From: Gordius albopunctatus
Lineage: Eukaryota
Direction of reading: 5' to 3'
Length of the DNA: 64,000 nucleotides
Assembly: GCA_964276515.1 (NCBI GenBank)
Contig: OZ193909.1
Span: 20,894,001-20,958,000 of the forward strand
Part shown: piece after piece, positions 40,856 to 52,902 of the stretch
How the letters are laid out: each line of letters opens with the position of its first letter
Numbering within the stretch: position 1 is the stretch's first letter
Translations under genes and position numbers: made by a program
The notes under the pieces: generated by a model
Seen by the model: the letters and a program-made list of their open reading frames with translations, nothing else
Databases searched by the model: none
What the model was told of the DNA's origin: nothing

Positions 40856-42146
40856 GTCATAACCCAAGTGTATTAATTGCGTATCACACATGATAGAAGC
40901 ACATTACATCGCTTGACCAGGATGCCTTAACTTTCTCATGTAGATTTTTATTCTAAGCTGATATTAATTTGAACCAGTTAGGCAGGATTGGCTAAAAGGG
41001 TTTTTTTGATAAATAATACTATTAAACATTAATTTGGTGTGGGGGGGGGTGTAATTTTGTGTCGAACATTTTTGATATAATAATAATAATAATTAAACGT
41101 GCATTTAACATATACTATGTGTCTAAAAAATGTAATATTAATTTCTTCAGTATTGTGTTTGTACTTAAAAAAGCAATAGCATTTTATCAATTTTGTGACC
41201 CAATCCGCCTGCTGTCCTTCTTCCAAGGACGCACTTGGCAAAAAGCTCCCTTCCATTTTCCCCTATATGAAAATTCCGATCCCAGCTCGCGCGTTATGAT
41301 TAAATTTTATGCTGAGTCCGGCTCGCTTGTGAAACACGGGCCCAGGCTTAAGCCTGCCCAAAAAATTCTTTTATATTTTGCTGCTTTTTGAATGCAATTT
41401 TATTGTCCATATTAAAACAATCAATGTTTAAAAATTCATCAGTCTTGAATGAGTTCTTATTTATTCCAACAGGCCACCCACCGTTTAGCTAAATAAAACA
41501 ATTTATGCCAAATTGGAAACTCTACGCAAGGTCAACTTTATTAAAAAATAAAAACGATCGGGAACCACTTTTTTAAAAGTTTCATTATGAAGAAATGATT
41601 ATTAAATCCTTATTGTAAAAATTAAATATATATAAACTTTGATTAACATCTTAAAAAACAGCCCATTTCTTATACTCCAAAATACATAAATATAAACGAA
41701 ATTTAGATAATTTAGCTACCCAAGTCCCTTTGGTTACCTTAAAGCTCATCCAAGCCTGGCCTATATCTTTTTTTAACAAAAAGGCCATCCATGTTTGGCA
41801 CGGTTTTAGACTTAATCATCAATCTCTATTGTAGAATTGGCACATTCAGTTTCTAATAAAAGAGATTTTAAAGTATAATAAGTATAAAAATGAAGTCCAT
41901 TTTGATATTATGCTTCTTCTCTAATATAATTAACACTTTAAATTTGTAAAAACAAGAGTGTTGAACGGTTAAAAAATTGTTAAATAAATAAAGTTAATTA
42001 GCTCTAAAATTTGGCTTATATTCGCAATTCCCTCTTCTATTTTAGAAGTTGAGATCGTTTTTTAGAAAAATAGTAGAGTATTAAATTCCTTTTCATTTCA
42101 ACACACTCACTTAAGGTGGGGGGACATCTGTATAAATAGTCTTAGG

Positions 42147-43095
42147 TAGTGCTGTAAATGAACGCGTTCAAATTTTATGAACGCGTTCGAATTTAACGTT
42201 CGTTTAATTTTAAAAACCCTTTTTTGTTTTTATTTATTTGAAAATTAATGTCAATCCGAATTTTTAACAAAAAAAATATTATATTTTTTAATCAGCTGTT
42301 TTTCCTGTTCCCTATTACCAATTCCGAAATACTTTTAACATACTATAACGTGCAAAAGAAGATAAGATTAAAGTTAATTAGTTTGATATTATTAATTATA
42401 GTTTAATTTATAGGTATATCGTCGTCATCTTCAGATTCTGAATATTCAAAATCAGCAGATGAATTGAAATTGCCATGGCCAAAATATGAAAAATATTTTT
42501 CACTCGTTTCATATAAAAGATCAAATTCAATAATTAAAATGAACTTATAAAGAATAAACTTTTAGTGTTATTGAAAAAAGGGATTGAAACCCCTAGAATT
42601 GATAATGAAAGAGCTGTCAATTACGAGATATCATTTTTTGGCGAGGAAGTAGAGGGCGCATTGGAGGATGATATCTTGTCGCAATTTTTTGAAGCGAGGG
42701 ACAAAACATTAAAAGTTTTTAATAAATTTCCTCCTTTAAAAAATTTGTTTATTAAGTATAATACTCCAATCCCCTCATCTGCCCCTGTGGAGCACGTTTT
42801 TAGTATAGCTAATGCTGTATTAACTGCCAAGCGTTCCTGCTTATCAGAAGACAATTTTGAAAAACAATTATTATTGAAAATAAATAAGAAAATAGATTAT
42901 ATTGATTTATAATTATATTGTCGAAATAAAACTATTATTTTTTATAATGGCTATTTATTGTATTAAAAAATATAAGACATTTATTTATATTAAATTAAAC
43001 TTTAAAAAAATTTATCATAAAATTTTGAACGAACATGAACGCGTTCGATTTTTGTCAATGAACGTTCGATTTTTTTACAAATGTTTACAGCACTA
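42147..43095 (+). mobile_element. Internally deleted hAT element
   Basis: TIR TAGTGCTGTAAA; GAACGCGTTC subterminal palindromes; 6/8 TSD GTCTTAGG / TTCTTATG; ORF 42565-42912 with KYNTPIPSSAPVEHVFS. Confidence 0.85.
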
Positions 43096-44378
43096 TTCTT
43101 ATGGCTTGTCTTAATATCGGATTTTGCTGCGCAGCAAAAAAAATACGATTTTGCATAGATGAAAAAAAAACGAATACACGTTAATAGTTGTGTCTTACTT
43201 AATACGCGCTTCACTGCATTTTTTTATCTTTGCTGCTTTATTTCAATTGCGATACACCAGATGCAAGCTATTGAGTAAGCTATGAGAGGGGCAAAATGAT
43301 CATTTTTTTTAATTTTAGCCATAGTTTTAAAGATTTTAACAAATTTTGTGGATTTAGAGGGGGGCAGCCTACCCTCATGCCGCTCCCCCTTGACTACGCC
43401 CATGGACAAAATCCCCCTGCCTGATTGCGGCTAAGTTTTAAATGTCGGTTCGGTTTCTAACCTGCCACTACCACCCATTTCATTTACTTCTCAAACTTTG
43501 CAATGTCGTAATGTAATGTTCGATTTTTTCAGGAATTTTATTTTGACAAATTCATAACTTTAGTATAAGTGTTTTTATACTTTATTTTAATAATTATGTA
43601 TTATTAAACAACTTAAAATTTGTGTTTAAAAGGTAAATTCAAATTTTTAAGGTTAATTAAGAAACTTTATTTTCGTTAAAACTTCTTAATACTGCACAAT
43701 CGTAAAATTTCCTTTGAATTGAGCTGTAAAATATTTAAAAATCTCGATAGGGTATAGCCAAGACGGGCAGGGAGGGGCGGTTACCACCTCTAAATCCAAA
43801 ATTTTGTTGAAACCCATTCAAATTATAACTAAAACTTCAAAAAAAATGTTTATTTTGCCCTTCCCTAAATCACTATTGCCCCCCCCTCTAATCCCAATGC
43901 TGGCTACGCCCATGCCATCGATCAACTGATTATCAGATTTTAAAAGTACTAGGATGAGATTTGAAATAAAAATATTTATAAGTACTACTTTAAAGATCCT
44001 GTTTAAAAAAACAAAAGATTATTATCATTATAATATTTCATTATCAAGGTCATTTAATTAACATAAAAGGAGTCTTGTTGATTCATATTCACACATCCTT
44101 ATTTCTCCTCTTCACACATTCAAGGATCAATATGAAACTTTTCTCTGTATTACTATTTATAACGGGAGTAAGTATTTTTTATAATTTTCTGAATAACAGT
44201 GTCTCTTTTTAAATATTAAAGTACTTTATCAAGACTCATATTTAAAAAGGTCTATAAAAACGTCAGAGTTTAGCGAAAACTTTTATCAGTCCGAGCCTTG
44301 TCGTAAAATTCTTTTTTGAAAACATTCAAATTTAAAATTTAATTAACCTGCAATACATAACAAAATCAGCTGCCATTA

Positions 44379-47230
44379 TTTTTTTGTTTAAAATCTTTAT
44401 TAGGTGAAGTCTATATATAATAAAAATATAAAACACGATCAATAAATAAATAAAAGGCGTGGCTACTCTTCATCTTCATCGAGGGTCAGAGGCCAGGTGT
44501 CGGAAAATGCCTTATAGTTGTATTTGGCTATTAAAATTCCTATTTTTTGGCGCAAAAGAAAGCTTGCGGAGTATTTTCCTTTGGGAGATCTCTTTCCTAT
44601 CAATTAAAAAAAGGCTAATGCTTGTTTGCCAAAAGTAGCGGAACAGGAAGCCACGATAGGGATAAAAATTTTAGAAGGGATTATATCACGGTATTTATTG
44701 GTTTTGCGTGCTTCCGCTAGAGCTAGTGGGTCAGCTTTATTGTTAGAGGGTGCAAATACGTCGATGCAGGTAAAATCCTAAGATAGGAACTTACCATCAT
44801 CCCATGAAAAGTGTTTGTTCCATCGGGGCGCATTCTACCCTCAAGAGTTGGTTCTGATGGTTCGAGAATGGAAGGGAAGCCGGCTTTTAGTAAAGCGGTT
44901 TGGATCAAAAGGTTGATCTTTTGATGGTGAATGAAACGGAATTTGTTGAGCGCAGAGAACTTGCTCGGCGGAATGCATTCCAGCCATTCGTGACCAGAGT
45001 CAGTGGTTAGTGAGCTGAGATTGAAGTGCTGTACGGCGTCACAACTCGAAAGTAGGTAAGCGACGGAGCGGGACACTATACTGGCATGGCATCCCAGTCT
45101 CGTTGTTTGACTGAATTTGGAATAATGGTTCCTGGCATTATATTTTCAAGCCATGATGTTAAAGCTGTTTGCGTTAAGAAATCTTCCGTATGGGTGGTCA
45201 ATTTAAAAACGAGATCTTTCACTAAATTGTAAGTCGAGAGAAAGGCTACTAGGCTAATGGTCAAGGGGGACCTTATTCCTAATCCTCCAAATTTCGTTGG
45301 AAGAGTGGCTTGTAACCAGCTAGTATCATTAAAAGATAAGTTTAGAATTTTTTCTTGGAGATTTTTAATTGTGGATTCGTATAAATATTAAAAAAGTTTT
45401 TTATCATAAAAAAAGCGTGATGTATTGGTAACAATTTTAAAAGTTCCATTTTTGAGGCCAAAAAAGCTAAATGTTTATTTAAAAAGTTTTGCAAGCACGG
45501 AGATCCGCCTATGTGTGAGCCGAGCATGGAAAGATTTTCCTTAGCCACGGTGGAATAAGGTTAAAAAATCGAGTATTGGTCGCAAGCAGGTGGTTGTAAA
45601 ATTTCGCATTTGGCCTCGTTGAGCGTTAGGTTTAAAGGTAAACAATAGTCTTTAATGATGGTGATGGCTTTGGCGACCTGATCATAGATGCCCGCCAGAG
45701 TCGCATCATCTAGGTACCATACATGTAATGATAGATCGCATTGTTCCTTAATTAGGTTAATAAGTTTCTTTATCCCGCAACAAAATAATGGTGGCCCAAG
45801 GGGATCACCTTGTTGAAGGCCCTCAGCAGATTTAATTATAAAAGAGCCAAAATTTAAAAGGGATGGTAAGCCGTAGCTTTGTAAGATATAATTTGCATAT
45901 TGGGGAAACTCTTCCAAAAAATGTTCCATAAAAACGTTTCTATTAAGCTGATTGAAGGCATCTGAGAAATGCAGTTTTACTAGACAGTGGTCGGGATGAA
46001 GGTTTTGTATTGTGGTGATACGACCTGCGTGGCTTGCAGCTTCACACCCTCCCTTCACAACAAAGCCTAATTGATGAGGTAAAAGGGAATTGGTCAAAGA
46101 GGGTTTGATTCGTTTGCAAATTATTTTAGAGATCAAACGGCGAAATACGCTCCCAATGGCGATGGGTTTTAAGGAATTGTTTGGTTTTTTTAAAGCTAAA
46201 AGACGTGCCCCAAAGAGGACTGGTCTGATCTCTTGAGGAACATTGGCATTTACAATTAAGTTACAAAGATAGGTTATTGATTCAAGCAATGAGTTTGAAA
46301 AATTGTTCTTTAAATTAGTTACATCTTGCAAGAAGTTAGGTTTAATGCCATCTGACCCAGCAGAGGAATCTAGGGGGAATGAGTTGATAGCTTCACTAAT
46401 TTCTGGGGGAGAGAATGACAATGAAGAAATATTGTTTGGGTATTTAAGTGTATGATTTGAGTAAGGGTGCAAGATATTAATTCGGCTAAATGAATCTTGA
46501 TTGGGAGGTACAATGGTGTGGTTATTATAAAATACATTCAAAGCACCTCTTAAATTGTAAGAGTTGATTTTTTTGAGATTTGATTTGCTCTTTGTGATAA
46601 GGATATGTCTATCCTTGATGTCTGTTTATTTGACGTTGGAGGGGATATTCCGTTGTTGAAATTTAGAATTGCGTCTTTTATATGCTTGGATGAATTGGTA
46701 TGTTTGTTTGGAAGAATAAACAAAATCTTTGAAGCTAAATTAAATAGTGTATCCCAACCTTTAGGGTTATCTGGATTATCAGAAATTAATTTGATAAGGT
46801 TTATAAATAATTGTTGCATTGCGGGGCTAGCTACACGTGGGATTCTGTTTATAGTATTAGTAGAGGGTTGAGCTAGGAAGGCATTGCGCCATGTATAATT
46901 AGGTTCTATGTCACTAATATAATAATTAGAGGGTTGAGGTAAAACAGGTGGTGTTATAAGGAGTAAAGATTCATTTATTTCTTCAATATTAAGAGTTAAG
47001 AGGGGTTTAGGAATAATTGGGGGTACACTCTTACCAGATGAAGGCCATCTAAATGTTGTGGGGCCATGTAATAAAAAACAATTATTTTTGTTTATGGATA
47101 TTTTCCTATTGCAGGAGGGACAGAGAGCTTTGATTAATGTCATAGTGATAATTTAGGTTATGAGGTGAAGAGTCTTACAGAGGATTTAATAAATCACTTT
47201 CTCTTTTGAGCATTTTAAGAAAACTTTTGT
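44379..47230 (-). mobile_element. Near full-length CRE-like non-LTR retrotransposon, pseudogenised
   Basis: ATG 47143 with CPSC..H finger; RT (PIAIG, QLG, QQGDPLGP, YLDD); RLE; poly-A at 44379-44385; frameshifts and internal deletions (knuckle lost near 44950). 5' boundary approximate. Confidence 0.9.
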
Positions 47231-48124
47231 TTGAAATAAATGAATGTTCATAATTGGTTAAAGGCTCAAAGGATTCAACAAATGTCATATTAAAACTTGT
47301 AAGGTATACAATGCTTACCTTTCTAAAACAATAATAGTAATAAATTTATCCCAAATAATATAATTTTTTTATATAATATTAACTTTAATATTATAGAACT
47401 AATGTTTTATTTTGCTATATTAAGGATTTTAATGGTATAATTATTAATTACACGGATAAAATATAACCTGATTAATTTCAAAAATTATTTTTAAATAAAT
47501 CGTTTTATCTCAATTATTTTACGAATTTCTTGCCAAACACATCCTGACATCTTCTTTTTGGATGGCTCTTAACCCCTACTCGCCCCCCCCCTTTCTGTTT
47601 AAAATCAGTTTAAACAAAAATGATTGTCGCGATTAACTAAATTACGCCTTTCTACTAAACTCATAATGGTAAAATAATAGTTATGACATAAAAATAAAAA
47701 TCCCAGGTTAGAATAACAAATCGCATGTCAACAATTCAATTGATACTTTCATGGGCATAGCGAGCATTGGGATTAAAGGGGGGGTAATAATGATTAAGAG
47801 ATGGGTAAAATAATAGTTTTTTTTTAATTTTAGCCATCGTTTTGAATAAAATTTAACAAATTTTGGATTTAGAGGGGCGCAGCACTTATAATAAGATTTT
47901 ATACATATCTCAGCATCCTATAACCGACTTTCCTATCTTTCAAGCTATAAAAAAACATGCTATTAATGAAATGATGTCAAAATTTGTATGTGTCTTACAC
48001 TTAAAATGTAACAAACATGCTATCTTTATTTTAATTAGGTATATAACTTGGCACACTATATTCAATTGATACACAATGTAGTATGACATTAGTATGGATC
48101 TTGTTCAAATTATGTTTTATATAC

Positions 48125-48330
48125 AACTGGCTATGCCCGGCCAAGCGTTGCTTTGGCTCAGTCCTTAAGTGGTTAAATAAGTATAACCTATTAATAAGAC
48201 TTATCTAAAATGGGGTCATAGATGAAATAATAATTCAAATAAATAAAATATCCATAATATTTATTTAGAGCACGAATTTTACTCTATCACGTCATGGATT
48301 TTATGAACACAATATTTTTAGTATATATAT
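48125..48330 (+). mobile_element. Possible non-autonomous Helitron/Helentron-like element
   Basis: 5' ACTGGCTATGCCCGGCCAAGCGTTGCTTTGGC hairpin motif; 3' TAGTATATATAT. Confidence 0.35.
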
Positions 48331-48338
48331 AATAAGAC

Positions 48339-48393
48339 AAACCAACACTACCAACGACGGTCCCAAGTCCGTGTGAAAAAAGTGGAGGGTTGG
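48339..48393 (+). ncRNA. Twister self-cleaving ribozyme (P1 type) at the RTE 5' end
   Basis: C|AACACTACCAACGACGGTCCCAAGTCCGTGTGAAAAAAGTGGAGGGTTGG: P2 CACT/AGTG, P4 ACGG/CCGT, loop TCCCAAGT, pseudoknots AC/GT and CC/GG, conserved GAGG. Confidence 0.85.
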
Positions 48394-51300
48394 CGTCAGG
48401 TCGGAAGCCGGCTGTAAAAAGCAACTCCAAACACCATGGCAGCTACAAATACGAACTTATACCAGAATGCTTGCGCGTCCTCCCCAAACGACGCGCATTG
48501 CATCATCCGCCCGTGCAATGTGAAAAGTATACAAGGGTCACCGCCTCACTCACAACGAAGGCGGTTAAGGAACCTAGTTGTCGAAAGCTGGAATATGGAA
48601 ACGCTGACGGGGAAGAACATCGAGGTTGCGCAGATGCTAAAAAGGAGAAGGATACACATAGCGTGTCTACAAGAAACGCGGTGGCATGGAACAAAAGCCA
48701 GGGAGCTAGGAGATGGTTACAAGCTATACTACTCGGGTTCCCCATCACGGAAGAACGAAGTCGGTATAGTGCTTAGCGATTCCTTTAAGGACAAGGTAGT
48801 CGAAGTCAAACGATGCTCAGATAGATTGATGTGCATAAAGCTGGCGGATCAAGGCGGCCTTGTCAATGTTATTTGTGCGTATTCGCCCCAGGTTGGATGT
48901 TCCGAAAACGAGAAGGACGAATTCTATGAGAAGCTCGAAGAAGAAATACGCTACGTGAAGCCTGACGAGAATCTCATCATCGGAGAAGACTTTAATGGGC
49001 ACGTTGGGAAAGAAAGGGGCGTGTACGAACGAAATCACGGCGGGCATGGCTATGGAGTGAAAAATTAAGAGGGAGAGAAGTTACTACAGATGGCGCAAGC
49101 TTACGATATGGCCATTGTGAATACCTTCTTTCAGAAGCGTACCGAACATTTAGCGACGTACAGTAGTGGAAATCACCTTACACAGGTCGACTACATATTA
49201 GTGAAGCGCAAAAATTTGTGGCAAGTTAAAGATTGCAAGGTTATACCGGGGGAAGAAATCGCCAAACAACATCGGCCAGTTGTCCTCGATATAGCAAGAA
49301 AGATTTTTCCCGTAAGGAGAAAAGTCTACACACCAAGGACAAAGTACGAAAAGCTTAAGGATGATCATGCAAATGAAATGTTTCACACTCGAGCGACTCC
49401 GCTCTTGAAGGTTGCAGGCTTGGAGGGCGACATTTACAAAAGGTGGGGCACCGTTGCAAATGTTCTAAAGGAAACGGCCTTTCAAATATTGGGACGAAGT
49501 AAGGGCGGCAGAGCTCACAAGCGTGAACTATGGTGGTGGAATGACTCGGTCAAAGAGGTTATAGAAGAAAAGAAGGCGTTGTACTTACGATTGTACAAAA
49601 CAAAGAAAGGAGAAGACTACGAGGCATATCATGAAGCGAAACGCAAAGCTAAGATAGCGGTCGCGATAGCGAAGAACGACGCTTACACCGAGATGGCAAA
49701 CAAGCTCGATACCAAGGGCGGCGACATAGTAATGTATAAACTCGCAAATATCAGGGAGAAAAAAAGTCGAGATGTCGGGACACTTAAAGTCATTAAAAGC
49801 GAAGAGGGACGAACGTTGTGCAAACCAAAGGAAGTCATCAAAAGATGGAAAGATTATTTCCAAAATATGATGAACAAACAAATGATAGAAGACCGCTAGA
49901 GAGGGTGGAACCGAACTCGAACTTGGTTTTACCATTTCAGGCTTATGAAATAGGAGCACAACTAACGAAGATGCGGAAAGGGAAAACGCTAGGTCCCGAT
50001 GATCTACCGATCGAAGCTTGGCTTGGGTGCAAAGGAGAAGGAATCGACATAATGACAGGCCTATTTAACGCTATGCTGTATGAGAGTCGTATCCCTGACC
50101 AATGGAGGGAAAGTACGATCATACCCATATACAAAGGTAAAGGAGACGCGCAGGAATGTGGCAACTTTATAGGTATCAAGTTGACCTGCCACTCACTAAA
50201 ACTACTAGAAAGGGTGCTAGTGAAAAGGCTCAATGACGAAGTTTGTCTCTCGCCCAATCAGTTTGGATTTGTGGCCGGTAAATCAACGATGGACCCAATC
50301 TTTGCGTTGAAGCAGACGATGGAAAAATAGGGCGACATAAGAAAGAAATTACACATGGTCTTCATCGATTTAGAAAAGGCTACGATACGGTTCCGAGAGA
50401 CTTAATATGGTGGTCCCTTAGAGCCAGAAATGTACCCGAAGGATATGTTCGACTTATCAAGGAAATGTATAATGGCGCGGTTGCATCTGTTAGGACTACC
50501 GTATGAGTAACGAAACCCTTCCGAATAATGATCGGACTACATCAAGGATCAGCGTTAATCCCATTCTTGTTTAATATAATTATGGATACAATAACAAAGG
50601 ACTTGCACAAGCCAGCCCCTTGGACTATGCTATATGCCGACGATATTGTCCTATGCGATGAAACAAGAGAAGGGGTTTTTCATCAGGCGAAAAAATGGTC
50701 AGAACGTTTCTCGGAATTCGGGTTAAAAGTCAGCGAGAAGAAAACGGTTTACATGCAAACGATGGGCGGTAGTCCGCAAATGCACAAAATTGACGGTCCA
50801 AGGTACACGGAGGTTGATAAGTTCACATATCTTGGCTCGCTATTACATCAAGAGGGAGGATGTACCGCCGAAGCCCATTCTCGGATCAAGAAAGCATGGC
50901 TCAAGTGGCGCAGCATCTCCGGTGTCATGTGTGACAAAAAGATACCAATTTGGTTGAAAATCAAGGCGTACAAAACCATCGTGCGACCGGTCTTGCTTTA
51001 CGGGAGCGAAACATGGGCTGTAACCACCGCGGAGGAAAAACTCTTGCAAGTCACGGAAATGAGAATGGTGCGATGGAGCTTAGGCTACACCAAGCTGGAT
51101 CGCATTACGAACGAATCCTTGATGACAAAGATGGGTGTACAAGCGACGAAGGACTTCTTAAGAGAAAATCGACTGCGGTGGTACGGCCATGTATTACGAA
51201 GAGACGAAGACGATGTCACACGCCGAACGCTGGAGATGGACGTGCCTGGAACAAGAGGAAGGGGCAGACCACGTGCCACCTGGAAACGACTGGTCGAAAA

Positions 51301-51414
51301 GGATATGGACGTCTAACAGATGGAAATTGGCATGGCATTCACACGGTTCAGATGGAAGAGGCTGCTGAAAACGTACCCCGCGTCTGTGGGATTTTCAACA
51401 CGATAAAGAAGAAG
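48346..51414 (+). mobile_element. Full-length RTE-clade non-LTR retrotransposon (APE + RT), inactivated
   Basis: 19-bp TSD ATATAATAAGACAAACCAA (48327-48345, 51415-51433); (GAA)n tail; SWN, LQETRW, GEDFNGH, YADD; stops at 49066 and 50328 plus frameshifts. Confidence 0.95.
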
Positions 51415-51769
51415 ATATAATAAGACAAACCAAATGCGAATTCTGTTTTAGTCATCAAATCCCACTAAAATTAAATGTTTTTGAAAAAATTACTGATTAA
51501 TGCTGTTACTTATTATACAATAATACCATTATTTTATTTTTCTAGTTAGCTGATTTATTTGAAATACAATTTTCTTTAATATAATAAAATAATTAATTGA
51601 AGGATGAGTAATTATTAAAAATATGCTTCTATGATCGACCACGTAATAATAATTTAAATATTATTTATTTAATTTAAATAGTTTGTTAAACCCCAATAAT
51701 TTTGACCGTATACTGTAACATTTTTATTATACTTTTAAATATCTAATTCGAGAAAACTTCAGCCTTGTA

Positions 51770-52177
51770 TGTATGACGTCATTATTGTATATGCATCTAT
51801 AAATTAAACTGGCCGGGAAATGTCCGATATTTTTAAAACAAAAAGGTATTTTAGGATTCTGAAAAAGCTATTTTACCCCTGGCATCCCTGGGCATCTACG
51901 GCTAAATTTTCGCGCGAATCGAGCCGGTAGTTTTAGAATTAAGCCATTTTTTAAAACTAAAAGGCCCATATTTTTAAAACTAAAAGGAATTTTAGAATTC
52001 TGAAAAAGCTATTTTACCCCTGGCCCCCCTGGGCATCTATGGTTAAATTTTTGCGCGAATCGGGCCGGTAGTTTGAGAATTTAGCTCTTACATACATATA
52101 CACATATATATATATACACAGACTTTACTTTATATATATAGAAATATATACATACACTTTACTTTATATATATAGAT
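51770..52177 (+). mobile_element. Helitron-like non-autonomous repeat with internal tandem duplication
   Basis: Approximately 115-bp unit at about 51827 and 51968; CA/TA microsatellite; CTTTATATATATAGAT-type end present twice. Confidence 0.45.
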
Positions 52178-52215
52178 TATATATGTCTACATATTAATAA
52201 ATTTAACTATTAAAG

Positions 52216-52455
52216 GTTTGCCTGATTGTGAATCAAGTTCATTTTGGTACAGCTTGTAACAATACTACAAGCAGTGTTGGCAAATTAAATACCATTGATC
52301 CCCCTCATCTTCCCATTAGAGTTAAAAGACACAATGGTGGTAACCGTGGGGGCGGTAACCGTGGTGGCGGTAACCGTGGGGGTGGTCACCGTGGGGGCGG
52401 TAACCGTGGGGGTGGTGGTAATCATGGGGGTAGAGGCCGAGGTGGTGGATATTAA
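52216..52455 (+). CDS. Glycine-rich peptide precursor (probable last exon)
   Basis: AG acceptor at 52214-52215; VCLIVNQVHFGTAC...IRVKR then (GNRGG)n...GGGY*; 15-nt repeat units with third-position variation; AATAAA near 52610. Confidence 0.55.
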   Translation, partial: VCLIVNQVHFGTACNNTTSSVGKLNTIDPPHLPIRVKRHNGGNRGGGNRGGGNRGGGHRGGGNRGGGGNHGGRGRGGGY

Positions 52456-52902
52456 ACCAAAACTCACAAGAGCAAACATTTCATCTATTAAAAATATGAC
52501 ATGTTTTATATAAACATAATTTTGATTATAGCTTACATATGCTAAATTATAAATAACTCTACAATATCCAATGCTCTTATTTTCATGTTTGTACCGTTTA
52601 TATTTATGCAATAAAAATGTATTCTTACGAAGTAAAATAAAGCTTTCATTTCAATAGATATCATCGTCGAACAATTTGGTTTTAATGGTTTTTTTAGGAC
52701 GTAGGCTTTTCCATAAGCGATATTGCCCGGGGAAATTATGTAAAAACGATTTTCTAATTATTGTTGTTGTTATGTTAGTAATGGCAACGCCTTATTAATA
52801 GGAGTTATTGTATTAAGTCGATAATACAGTGAAAAACGCTCAAGAGGGAATAACTGAGCCTGGAATTTGGAGAAAAGTTGATTTAAGCCATTTTCTACCT
52901 TT

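Noticed and set aside
44200..44378. Long TSD for the 44.4-47.2 kb CRE copy
   Set aside because: No repeat of this flank found beyond the element's 5' end.
47144..47300. Ribozyme at the 5' end of the long CRE copy
   Set aside because: No hammerhead, HDV-like or twister core recognisable by eye; only a short hairpin.
52285..52611. Thr/Pro-rich and Val-rich alternative frames of the glycine repeat
   Set aside because: By-products of the 15-nt repeat; the Gly frame has the processing site, synonymous variation and polyA signal.
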